Of a stretch of 64,000 nt of DNA, positions 40,049-51,730 are shown piece after piece. A program made the translations under genes and the position numbers. Position 1 is the first letter of the stretch, and every line of letters starts with the position of its first letter. The stretch spans positions 62,001 to 126,000 of the forward strand of contig NGBS01000598.1 in the NCBI GenBank assembly GCA_002245135.1, read 5' to 3'. The notes beneath the pieces were generated by a model. The model made no database searches and was not told the DNA's origin. It saw only the letters and a list, made by a program, of their open reading frames with translations. This DNA is from Proteromonas lacertae. Lineage: Eukaryota.

Positions 40049-40825
40049 CTAAGGATTATGTGATATCCACATAGACACAACACCATTTGTATAGTTAAAA
40101 CTATATCTATTCCAATATTTAGGTATTATATTTAACACCCATTGATATCTTAGTCTGTCTGAATTGTCCAAAATCATTATACCGTTTTCTGTCTTTAATA
40201 ATTTCATTGCTCTTATTAAACAACCAGTTCTTGCTCTTCCATCTACACTTATATAATCATATTTTTTGTTTGGTATTAAATTACTTTCAACATAAGTTCT
40301 ATAGCAGTTTTCTTTTCCTAAAAGTATACTAATGTATTTTTTTTCATCATGGCAATATTCAATATCATCATGTTGAATATTGTATAATGAAACCTTTTCA
40401 CTTATGTTAAGTCTTATTATTGTGTCTTTTACTTTATTCCACCATTGATATGAATTTTCAATTGAAACTAGTGATTTTATCCTATATCCTAACCACAAGG
40501 TACTTGATCCAGAACTCCACTCTAATCCGCATGAATTGTATTGTAATATATGATCCAATATGAATATGCATTCTCTTGCAAACCATGGCTCACAATTATT
40601 TCCTATGTTGTATATACTATTTCTAGTTTTTCCTAACATATCATTATTATCACATATATCTATACTTATTCTATTGTTTTTTAACATCCTTTGATATATT
40701 CTTCTTAACTGCAATATTTTATTATCAACTTCGTTAAAAATATGCTCTTTATAATGTGCATTTATTAAAATATTAATAAAACCAAAAATAAAAAAAATGT
40801 ATGTTATAAGTATAGTAGTTTTCAT
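40049..40825 (-). CDS. Class I SAM-dependent methyltransferase with signal anchor (probable glycan O-methyltransferase), intronless
   Basis: EPWF, GLEWSSGSSTLW, LVSIEN, YDYISVDGRAR and GIMILDNSDR; hydrophobic N-terminus from ATG 40825 (the ORF track extends to 41053). Confidence 0.75.
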   Translation of the reverse strand: MKTTILITYIFFIFGFINILINAHYKEHIFNEVDNKILQLRRIYQRMLKNNRISIDICDNNDMLGKTRNSIYNIGNNCEPWFARECIFILDHILQYNSCGLEWSSGSSTLWLGYRIKSLVSIENSYQWWNKVKDTIIRLNISEKVSLYNIQHDDIEYCHDEKKYISILLGKENCYRTYVESNLIPNKKYDYISVDGRARTGCLIRAMKLLKTENGIMILDNSDRLRYQWVLNIIPKYWNRYSFNYTNGVVSMWISHNP

Positions 40826-41828
40826 AAATAATATATATAATACCAGGAGAATTAATGTAAAAACTTGTATAACATTGTATACAATAAAACAATGTAATGT
40901 TAAGAACATTGTAAAACTATGTAATATCAGTGTAATGTTAAAAACTACATTCTCATGTATATTGTACTGCATAAATTGCATCAACATATCCCATATTTTA
41001 TCACTGAAGTTAATGGAAATTCTGATTATTGATTCTCGGTTTGCAAATGGCATCTACTAGAGGACATAATCTTGACTATAAGTTCATCGTGATCTTCCAA
41101 GGCTTTACTTTACTTATGATATTGAGTAACTGTAGCAATAGAATGTGTATGAAAATTATGATGTTGTCAACCTCATAGTTAATGTCTTATTTTTAGGAAT
41201 AAGTCATAGCAGTAATAGTAAAGGAAGTAATACTTATTCTGGTTCATCACGTAAAGCTTGATCGTAGTTCTTGGCTTTGTGAGAAATCATTGGACGTAAG
41301 CTGCATATATTTGGCAAGCTTCAAATAAGTAATCTGGCTAGCGGTGTTACAGGAATTGCATAATGCTGGATATATTTGCCGGTGAAGTAATCATCAGTCT
41401 ACAAGGACTTCTTGATCTCTGGAGTCATTGATTCAAGTTTGATATCTCGCAGATGTTGAAGTCCTTGTAGACTAGATATCAACAGTTAAATCGGAAGCAG
41501 CATCGGTAGACTTCAGGGATTGTTGCTTTTGCTTAGTCAGGCTTCTTCTACACCTACAACAGGATAGCTTATCACTCACAGGCTGAGCATTATCCTTTAA
41601 CAAGTTCCTGCTTATTCTAGGCTTCCAATCACGATATAAGCCTTTCTACAAAACCCTTGAGAAATGAACAACTAACCACAACCTCTAAAAGTTATAATAT
41701 GGTAAATTATTAACAATTGTAGATTCCCTTCTAAACGATCTAGTTGTGCGATTCTATTTAAAGCCCTTCACAAGGTCATCAGCGTAGCCAAGAGCATCGT
41801 CCGAAAGCTCCAGAGTAAAGTTAATGCC

Positions 41829-42251
41829 TTGATTGAATTCTTTCAGGCCACGAAGACCACATCCGATACTCCTAAGCAGTTTACGGTCTTTATGAGTTAT
41901 CTCCGAGACTTCCAACAGTATAGCCTTGATCTACGATGCGATGCTACTTCCTTACTCAGCTTTTACCGTCAGTTCCGAGAGAGCTTGCTTCAAGAGCATC
42001 CACACTTTGACTATTACATGGATAAGGTAATCACTCAGCTATGGAAACTCAATGATCTTGATAAGGAGGTGGAAGCCCTTACTGACTTTATCATCCTGCA
42101 TGTCACCGACTTTGAGAACGTCATAAGCAATCGCATAGGTATGATGATTAGAGCTAACTTCAGAACTCTTTGTCGTGACTACTCCAAGATGTATGATGAG
42201 CTGATATCCATTCTCAAGTACCAAGTCTTACAACTCCAGGACAATCTCTAA
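41829..42251 (+). CDS. Hypothetical helical protein of the GC-richer element (likely decayed)
   Basis: Intronless open frame with codon usage unlike host genes. Confidence 0.35.
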   Translation: MIEFFQATKTTSDTPKQFTVFMSYLRDFQQYSLDLRCDATSLLSFYRQFRESLLQEHPHFDYYMDKVITQLWKLNDLDKEVEALTDFIILHVTDFENVISNRIGMMIRANFRTLCRDYSKMYDELISILKYQVLQLQDNL

Positions 42252-42457
42252 GTGCCATTAGACTGAGAATCTTTCAAGAGCCTTAAGAAGTTCCACGATC
42301 AAGTTGATGACCTCAAGCAGTCCATTGCTAAGATTCAAACGATTACTAACTCCTTTTTAAGCATATTCTAATTCCCATTACTTTGCTTACTCTTGTTGTT
42401 GTGTCAAGAAATCCCTAAGAGCTAGTTTCATAATCAAAATACTGTTTAAATAAAGCT

Positions 42458-43303
42458 TCAATGATCTTGTTCCCACCAGTTGAGAAGGTGCTCCTCGGAG
42501 TCGATGATCAGCTGGGAGACGTACTTCCTAGTCTCGATAAGAGCTCCTTGAAGGTGCAAGATGTAATCGATCCTTGACTCTTGATAGTACCATCTCTTTC
42601 TTGAGGATGCTACTGTTACCTCGGAGGCAACAGTAGTATCGCGTTTCTTTGCTTTACGACGACTCTTACTATTACTCAAGACATTTGCATAAGTGATTAC
42701 TTTAGTAACTTCTTCCTGGTCCTTATCCTTCACTTGAGGAGTTTCTTGTTGTGTCTCCTTCTTGAAGATCATCAACCAGCACTAAGTATGGAGTAGATAC
42801 TCCTCCATTATCTGGTCGATCAGCAATGACTTTGCTAACAAGTGATCGACCTCATTGTCGTAGATGTTAACATCTCTCAAGAGGCTTCTTGATAACTCTC
42901 GATCAGCATTAAAGTAAGTGTTGATCTGTCAGGCTCCGTTCTTGATAGTGCTGATGTACTTACAGAGTTCACAGTGATTAACCATCAAGCAATGGAACTT
43001 AAGTCTTAGGCTAGCTGCTTTCTTGTAGATTGGATAGTAGATCTCGAGCTTGCACTTTCCCATCGTGTACTCTGCTGATATCATTCATTCCATGGAGTAT
43101 AGGAATAGACATGCCCGGCTCTGGTAAATACACTTCTCTACGATCTCACGATCCTTCATCTCACAGTCTATAATGCGATGAAGGCAAGTCCTTAACACTT
43201 TCTTAGCTTTGATCACTGACTGATCGATGAAAGCCTCGTAAAAGTCAACTCTGAATCTAGAAGAAGAAGGACACCTAGAAAAATCGTTAGGACTCTGTGA
43301 CAT
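42458..43303 (-). pseudogene. Decayed ORF of the GC-richer element
   Basis: Collinear reading interrupted by a few stops (ORFs 43303 and 42775); no family recognised. Confidence 0.4.
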
Positions 43304-43338
43304 TGTGCCAGAGTGCCATTTATATACTATATATATAT

Positions 43339-44215
43339 TCTTTATTCTGCTTCTTCTTTTTCATTTTGTATATCATCCTTTAATCTATCATATCCAGAAT
43401 GTACACGATTCATATAACCAATCATTTTACTTGATAGTTCTTTTCCAGATGAACTAAAATCACAACTATCTTCAGGAATCATTGTAACAGTACTGTTAGG
43501 ATGAGGATTTACCATAGTTATTACAAATCTAGGATTATTATAATCTTTAATCTACCAATCCTTTAATCAATATTCTTTTTTTTAATTTCATCAACTAATT
43601 TTGATGCTAATCTCTTTTCTATTTCTTTTTTTATATATTCACTCTTAACTTTGGTGGTAATCTCTGTCACTAAAGTCTCAGGTGTATACTATATTAATTA
43701 TATAAACAATATATATACTCCACAATAATATAAACTATTGGATAATTGATCTAATAATGTTTCATTATATGATATACATTCTGCAATTTCTACTGATAAT
43801 TGACTTTCATTCTCATTTCCAGTATTTGTAATTTTATATTATTTCCATTATTCATAACATTTTTCATTCATCTTTTTCAATCTTGTTTCTAGTGTTTCCT
43901 CCATAAATATCGGTTTCATCTTCAAAATCATTCATATTCCAAACAGTTGCATTTCATATATATCAAATGGAAGAATACAGTACTTTATTTCATATAGACA
44001 AATCTGGAGATGTAACAAGTATAACAACATCAAAATCACTATATTCATCTTCACTAATTGGTATATTTTCGCTGATTATTATGGATTTAACTCCTTGTTT
44101 TCATATATCTTCATATTTTCATATATCTCATTTTAACAGTTTCTGTTAATAATGAATATATTTTCATCAGTAGGATTATGATTAGCATCACTGAAAGCAT
44201 ATGTTAAACTAACAT
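43339..44215 (-). pseudogene. Multiply deleted copy of the 28027 Crinkler-type gene
   Basis: Blocks match ~28174-30280 (DFDVVILVTSPDLS, LSNSLYYCG with its intron, NPRFVITMVNPHPNSTV). Confidence 0.85.
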
Positions 44216-44291
44216 ATATGTTACTCATATAACAACAATTGTTACAATAGTAACAAAAATACAAAATAACATGTACGTTAATTAATACATA

Positions 44292-44335
44292 CAGTCAAAC
44301 CCGTATATATCGAATTTTATATATCGGAATTTTTC
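44292..44335 (+). mobile_element. Solo pogo/Tc1-like TIR after TA
   Basis: TA followed by CAGTCAAACCCGTATATATCGAA with an internal repeat TATATATCGGAA; no partner end found. Confidence 0.5.
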
Positions 44336-44339
44336 TACT

Positions 44340-45883
44340 AGAGAAGTTATTAAAGATGTAGCAAAATATGAAGATGCATTATTGAAAGCCCAAAGGACAG
44401 ATGAAGATGATCAGAGATCAAGAAGAATAGAGAGAAAAATGAAATTAGAAAGAAAGAAAAAAGAAGGAATTTATTATAGTGATCAACAAATACAAGAAGA
44501 AAATGAAAAAAGAAAAAAAGAATTTATTGAAAATTATGAAAACGAAGAAAAAGAACGAGTTGCTTCACAGATAATAGATGATTTAAAACAACGTAATATG
44601 GTTAGAGAATATGATAAACTGCTTCAAGAGAGAATACAACAATAACAAACTATAGATGATATAAAAGATGAAATAGAATATGGAGAACCTGGATGGAAAG
44701 AGAAATATTATAATAATAAATTCAAATTATTAGCTATAGATCCTCAATTCAAGTCAAAGTTATTAAGTTCTTATATTCATGGTTTGTGTTGGGTGTTATT
44801 ATATTATTATCAAGGTTGTCCATCTTGGTCATGGTTTTTCCCTTATCATTATTCACCTTGTGCAAGTGATTTGATTGATATAAAGAATATAAAAATTGAA
44901 TTTAATATAGGTGAACCAATGCTGATTTAATGGCAAATCCCAAATTACCAATATACAATTATTATCCAACTGATGTATATATATATATGTTATTATATTA
45001 TATAGTTTAAAACTGATCCAAATGGTTATCCTCAAAAATTGTTATGGGTTGTTCTCTTACCATTTATCAAAGAAAGGAAATTATTAGAATGTCTTCGACC
45101 ATTAGATCACTTATTAAATGAAGATGAAAAAGAAAGAAATTCATTTTCTAAACCTTTATTATTTGTTTATATATTATATATATATATAATTATATTTTGT
45201 TGTTATGTTAATTAGTTTCACGAATCATTTGAATTAGCAGAAGTAATAAAAAAGAAACAAAAAATTACACTTGTATTTATATCATTTAATGATATGAAAG
45301 ATATATTTGGAGGTTATACAGCCCATAAATATTCTCATATAGTTGGTGATTCAATAAATGCTCCCAATAAACGATTTAATGATATTTTATACACACGATG
45401 TTGTGATGTTGGATATGTATTACCAGAAAGAAAAGATCATAAATCAGTACTATTGAGAGGAGTGAATATTCCTCAATGTGTATTATTAACTGAAGATTTA
45501 AGAATCACTGAGCCATCACTCTCTCGAACAATAAGTATTGCTGGATTATGTAAACCACCAAGTTGGGTTAATAATACTCCAGTTAATATGGTATAATATA
45601 TTAATATATATTATTATTATTATTTATATGAGTATAGAAAGCAGGATATCAATCTTGGGGAACTTTTGAACCTGGAATTAGTGAGAAACAATTGAATAAT
45701 ATGAGTCATTATGTAGCTTTTAAAAGACAAAGAGAAAATGAATATGCCAATGTGAATTATAATAATAATAATAAGAGAATGAGATGTGATAATTCTAACC
45801 CATTTTATCATCCTGTTCAATATACACAACAACAAACACATCAATACCAATCACCACCACCACCACAACAACAATATCAATAA
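44340..45883 (+). pseudogene. XRN-family 5'-3' exoribonuclease fragment
   Basis: GWKEKYY..YIHGLCWVLLYYYQGCPSWSWFFPYHYSPCASD..VVLLPFI..EKERNS; 5'-truncated, stop at 44643, deletions, introns retained. Confidence 0.88.
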
Positions 45884-46138
45884 AGTAATTTTTCTTTCAG
45901 TTCTTATAAATCAACAACAATTTCTAATGACAATAATGAACAACAACAACAACAACAACAATATTCAACATTTAATAACCTTCATTTTAATATTTATCAC
46001 AATAATTATTATATTAAGAAGAATTAACAAGTGTATTTTAAATTATTTGTTGGGAACAGGGTTATATCCGTGATTTTTCATCCTTTCTATCATTTTATAC
46101 CACTACAATTACATACAAATTTTCACAGCATTCTATTA

Positions 46139-46260
46139 ATCTGAACATCAATTTTTCTATTTTCTTTTATTCACTTTACTTTGTTTATATCCACTATTAA
46201 TTACTTTAAATGAATGAGAAATTTGTTAATTTATTAATTAATGCAATAGGTCAGCCAAAG
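46139..46260 (+). pseudogene. 5' fragment of the 28027 Crinkler-type gene with its upstream flank
   Basis: Matches ~27947-28077, including MNEKFVN.LI...G.P. Confidence 0.8.
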
Positions 46261-46539
46261 ATAAATTTGTTACTTTACTTTGTGTGTAATTGTGATAATT
46301 CGATAATTCGTCGTTTTATAATCACTGTAAGAATTTTTAAAGCGTTTATTTTGACTTTGAAACGTTTTTTCTCAATAACCATAAAGAATTAAAGAATAAA
46401 AACTTTCAATAATATGCGTTATACATAGTACTTTACTATAGCATCATTAGTTCTGAAATTACCTCATGTAGGTAATTTGTTTCTTTTTCAATAATATTAA
46501 ATATATTGATAAATATACCTCAATTTTGACAATAAACCT

Positions 46540-47460
46540 CTATTTTGTAGTGTGCATTCTCTCCTTAGAAACATTGAATCATATGTGGATGTATTGCCTA
46601 TCCAATTGATAAATATACTAAAAATACTTGTCATATCATCTTGTACTCAAACTATTAATTCTGCTGTTGGATGTTGTATTTGCATGTCATTAACCAACAC
46701 TTCACAATCCTTTGTAAATTTTACTATAATAACTCCTCACCAATTAATACCAAGATTAGTTTTCAAAACGCCTTGAATACCAATTGCTACACTTATATTG
46801 ACTGACTAAAGCTTTTATCTTTTCAATAGTCTTAGCTGTTGGATTTAAAAAAGCTAAATACATTTTAAAACAAATATATTGGCTAAATGTATAAGACCTC
46901 TTACTTTTCTCAAGTTTTTAAAATAAATAAGATCATTAATATTTTGATAGTTGAAAACGGCTGTATAAATTATAGCAGATTTGTTGACAAGCTTGGCAGT
47001 ATCAAAGAAATAACAGACTTTAGTTCAATAGACGAAATGATTAATCTGTACAAAGATAGAGATATATATTTCCTTACGAATAGCAGTTATTTTGTTTTAA
47101 TCATTTCTACTTCCTTAATTCTTTCTCTAATTTTTCAATCTCACTTATTAAACCCCTACTATATTCAGTTTTTGACCATTATAACATCCAATCTCTATAC
47201 CATTATATTTATTTATATATTCTAACACACTTTCTCATTTTCTAAATATATAGCTAATATTCCTCCTTTATTATGTTATAAACTTCCTATCAATTTACCT
47301 CTTGTTGCTATTAACTTCAATCCATCTTCTAAATTCATTATTCCACTTGCGTCTCCAGCTACATATTCACCTATACAACTATATTCGACACTGAATAAAC
47401 AGGGTTGAGTGTATTTTGTATCATTCACTAATTCTTTATTTTCTTCATTGTATAATACTT
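46540..47460 (-). pseudogene. Type I PKS/FAS fragments (acyltransferase domain and downstream pieces)
   Basis: DTKYTQPCLFSVEY..IGEYVAG..SGIMNLEDGLKLIATRGKL at ~47300-47425, with the GHS region deleted; the extent of the downstream pieces is uncertain. Confidence 0.6.
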
Positions 47461-49396
47461 CTAATAAATTTTAAAATTTTTGAAAAAATGGGTGTTTGAA
47501 AATTTGTGGGTACAAAAAATGAATCTCATTTATAATTTTTAAGATTATAATTGTATTATGAGGTGAAAAAGGTTAATTTGTTTGAAAAATAACATAATAG
47601 CATAAGCGGTATAATATTTGTAAGACAATATTACATCAAAGAAAGTCAAATACGGCAATGGACGGAAAGGAGGTTATTTTATATGCGAAAGATTTAGCTA
47701 ATTATTTAAACTGTACCAAAAGAAATGGATTTAGAAAGATTTGTTGCTATGTTAAGTATCAACTAGAAAGAAATAAAGAGAAGAAATATATTAACATAAA
47801 GAAAGCAGTATAACATGTTTGGAGGGAAGAATCTATGAAAATAACACAAGACAATCAGAGCTTATGTTTAATTAATTAACATCATTATAATTGAAATGAT
47901 ATAAATTCACTTCTAAATACATAATAATAATAGAGTTATATACCAAAATTCTTTTTCTTTTTCCTCCTACTCTCTATTGTGTGAATTCCTACTCTTTTTC
48001 ATAATTAATCTAACTTATACTAATGTTTGGCTTGTAACACAACTACCATTTAAGTACAATTACTTCAATTATGCAATCTGACTTGTTATTTTTTAAATAT
48101 ATTTTTAAAGATATATATTTAATTACAACATTATATATAGATTTAGGTTATACTACAAATATTAAACTATACATAAATGATGTAATGAATGGTGAGTTTT
48201 ATTATAGCATTCTAAACTGTCATTGAAATGCATATAAATATTAATCACATATCTTCTTATTTCTATTGTAAAACCTCCAAATACTCTATCTTCACACCAA
48301 GGTATATGACCTATTATTATGATAGAAAATAAAAGTATAGCCATCATCATCTTTTTTAAGTAATTATGACATTACCAAATACATTTGTCTTTTGTATCAC
48401 TTTTTCATTTTTTATTTATCCAATTATCTTCTTGTCTACATTATATTCATAATAAATATTTTTGTATATCAATTTTAAATGATTTCTTTTACTTACAATT
48501 GCTTATGTTGAAGAGTTTTAATCACTATTTTTCTTCAATTTTATAATTATTATGATTAATACATTAATTAGCCTATATTCATGAATTTAGGGATTAAATA
48601 GTGAATAAGGTTCATTTACTTTCAGCATTCAGATATATTTTTTGTACGTGATAGATACATGTTAGTTTGTTGTGTGATGTACCATATTTTGCATATTTTG
48701 TATGGCTGCATATAATTAGTAACATTAAACTATTAAAATAGTGCATATGAAAATAAGACTTAGTTCTATAGTATGTTTGGGACTTTAAAAGCAACAGCAT
48801 CTCCATCAACAAGAACTCTTTAAAGCCTTATCAGCGATCCGTGATCACTTCAAGAGAAGTCCTGGAAATCAGCATGTCTTTGATAATCACTACCTCCGAG
48901 ACTTTAAGAAGAGAAGATATCTCCGACACTCCATCACGAACTAAACTCGTTAGGACTGTGGCACGTTGGGCCAGAGTTCCATTTATATACTATATATACT
49001 AATTGTTAACTCGGAATTTCCCTTTTCAGAACAAACTACTATATATATGATTATGAACATTCTTAATTAAATATGGTAGCTAGTACATTAGCTTTGTATT
49101 CTCCTCATATTTCGATACTTATATCATAATATTTTAACTAAATCCTATACTATTTTTACTTTTTTAACTCTTATTTGTATTATATTTTCTCTCTCATCTG
49201 CAATACAGACTGTCCAGTTTCCAATTAATCCTTCGACAATATAGGGATAAATTGCCTTATATAACCTATATTAGAGTTGATCCTAATTTCTGAATAATTG
49301 TATATACAGCCTGTTATCCAATGAATACTCACTGAAGCAATCCTTGTTAAATTCCTTATCAACAATTTTGGCCATTTCCAAGTATAATCACAACAA

Positions 49397-49837
49397 TTAT
49401 TCTATATTATGCACATATATATCATAATATGATACATAATATCTTTTGAATATTTTTTCTTGAAAAATATATGTATCATATTTTCTATTATGTTTTTCAT
49501 CTAATCCTTTTATCATATTATATATATTTTCATCATTTTTAGGCCATAATATTTCATCTAAATCTGTCATAATTAGGCAATCTGTTTTATAGAGACTTCT
49601 ATAGAAACAATCATTCAATTTTAATCTTTGCGCATAAGTATTGTATTTTGCATAATCTATATCAAAATTGTTATCAAACTGAATAACTTCTGCTATTCCT
49701 TTTTGTGTATAATATTTTAATGCTTTTGATACATTTTTAGAGCATGATGTCTTATAAAAAATAAAGTGATCTACACCAAATAGTATGTAATATTCTATCA
49801 TTTGTATAAGCATATTATAAGAATTTAAATTTATCAT
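49397..49837 (-). pseudogene. GT92/DUF23 glycosyltransferase fragment (duplicate)
   Basis: Translation identical to 38017-38457. Confidence 0.75.
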
Positions 49838-50050
49838 TTTCCCTACACAAATATTATGTAATATTCTCTACAGTAATTTTATATTGCATTTTGTCATTAA
49901 CTGTTATTATGTGATTTATATTAATTTTATGATTATTTAGACTAATTTTTTTGGGAATAAGATTAGTAAATATCAATAAATTATTAACAGTATTATCTTT
50001 AGATAAATTCTTTAATAGTTTTATATTGCATTTTTTACAGTGCTGTATAA

Positions 50051-50232
50051 CAAACCGGCGCAAATATTCAAACTATTTATATTATCAAAAAAGTATACTG
50101 CAGAGGTAGGTCATATAACAAAGTAAGTATAAAAGTAACAATTTTTCATCAAGACAAGTAAGAATATACATTTAGTTTGTTTTAAAAGTGTCTGGTAGAC
50201 AAACGGCCACTTATGACAAACGGCGCACAACA
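50051..50232 (-). mobile_element. Solo end of the TGT..ACA foldback family (duplicate)
   Basis: Ends GGCGCACAACA at 50232. Confidence 0.88.
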
Positions 50233-51730
50233 CCAATGATTTAATAATTAGTTATGAAATCTTAATCTTTCTTCAATGATGTTCTTTTCATCGATACCAT
50301 AACTCCTTAACATTATGGTTTTTCTACTCTCTTCTTCTTGATGGTTTGGCTAAGTAAATCTTTATTTTTTAAGATTTATATCATTTAAATGTGTAATTAC
50401 TCAATATTTATAATACTTTATAGTATATGAAACTATAGGGATATCATATTACCCCCTTTCGCATCGAAAAAACTTGTGGATTTATTTAATAGCGTTATGT
50501 TAGAGAAGTAAAATATTAACTACTTCAAAATGTTTTGGAAAACGTGATTAAAATAAAATATTCAGATTATTGCATATGGTAAAAGCCAAAGTCAATTCAG
50601 ATTCTGTCAACAAAGGTCTATTTAAATTCATAACCTTCAATGCAGTCAGTACCACAATATTAGACTCACCAGAATTTAGAAGGTTTTGCTTCAAACTAGG
50701 ATAAAGTATAACTCGAAGAGAGGTTTATAATGATTATTTATTTTCAGAAACTGAGAAAGTAAGAGACTTATTGAAGACAAATCATTAATATCCAGAAATA
50801 GAGATTTATTATTATAATTACATTAGTATTTGTTTTTTAGAGATAGTAATCAATATAAATTAATCATCATGTTTATAAATATGTTAAATATCACTATTGA
50901 GTAGTTTGTAGATGAATTTTAATTAATCAGAATAGATATTTATACAATTTCAACCAATCTTAGTCATAACTATAGTAACTAAAGTAAAACAAGAAGCAGG
51001 AATAATATTTTATATAGTATGGTAGTTTATTCTGTAATAATGATTTGTAGTTATGAATATATATATAAATAAAAGCAATAATGTCATATAGATAATCTAA
51101 ACATTTTCAATAAAAATATCCTTCTTTTAAATAATAATAAAACTCTATTTATCCTAACCAAGTTTTACATAACTTCATATCTTCAGTAATGTAAATATTT
51201 CATTAGGCTTTAAAAATAATCTTTTTTCTAATTTAATTTATATAGACTTTCATATATTGGTGCATATCTATATAGATCAATTTTTTTTATATGATTCACT
51301 CTAAATTTTCTATAATTTATATCATTATTTAAAGATTTACCTATAATACCACTGTGATGTTTATTAGAATAATCATCACATAGGCGTTGCAGCTTTAATC
51401 AATGTCATATTTTTCCACCCATACATAACCTCCTAAATCAAATTCAATATGATTAAATTAATTGAAAAGTAATTTCCATTTTATCAATGAATCTTCCTTT
51501 TCTAGTTGCAAGATATCCTTTTCAATTAATTCAATCATATTATTAGTTTCTCCATCTTATATCATCATCAATAATTAAGATGTATGAATTTATATTTTTG
51601 TTATATAATAATGTTATAAAATGTGATAAATCTGATGAAATTAGTATAGAATAATATTTATCATAATTCTGTTTCAGTAATAAATACTGTTTCATATCTT
51701 TCTGTAACCCTTCTTTTATTACTCTAGAAT

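Larger units (their letters stand above)
38856..43335. mobile_element. Unclassified ~4.5-kb element with ~55-bp imperfect TIRs, GC-richer decayed ORFs and cargo
   Basis: Left end TATATATAGTATATAAATGGAACTCTGGCCCAACGTGCCACAGTCCTAACGA versus reverse-complemented right end TATATATAGTATATAAATGGCACTCTGGCACAATGTCACAGAGTCCTAACGA; GC content rises just inside both ends. Confidence 0.6.

Noticed and set aside
38872..43320. Alternative genetic code in the GC-richer ORFs
   Set aside because: TAA, TAG and TGA interruptions all occur along with frameshifts, which fits decay rather than reassignment.
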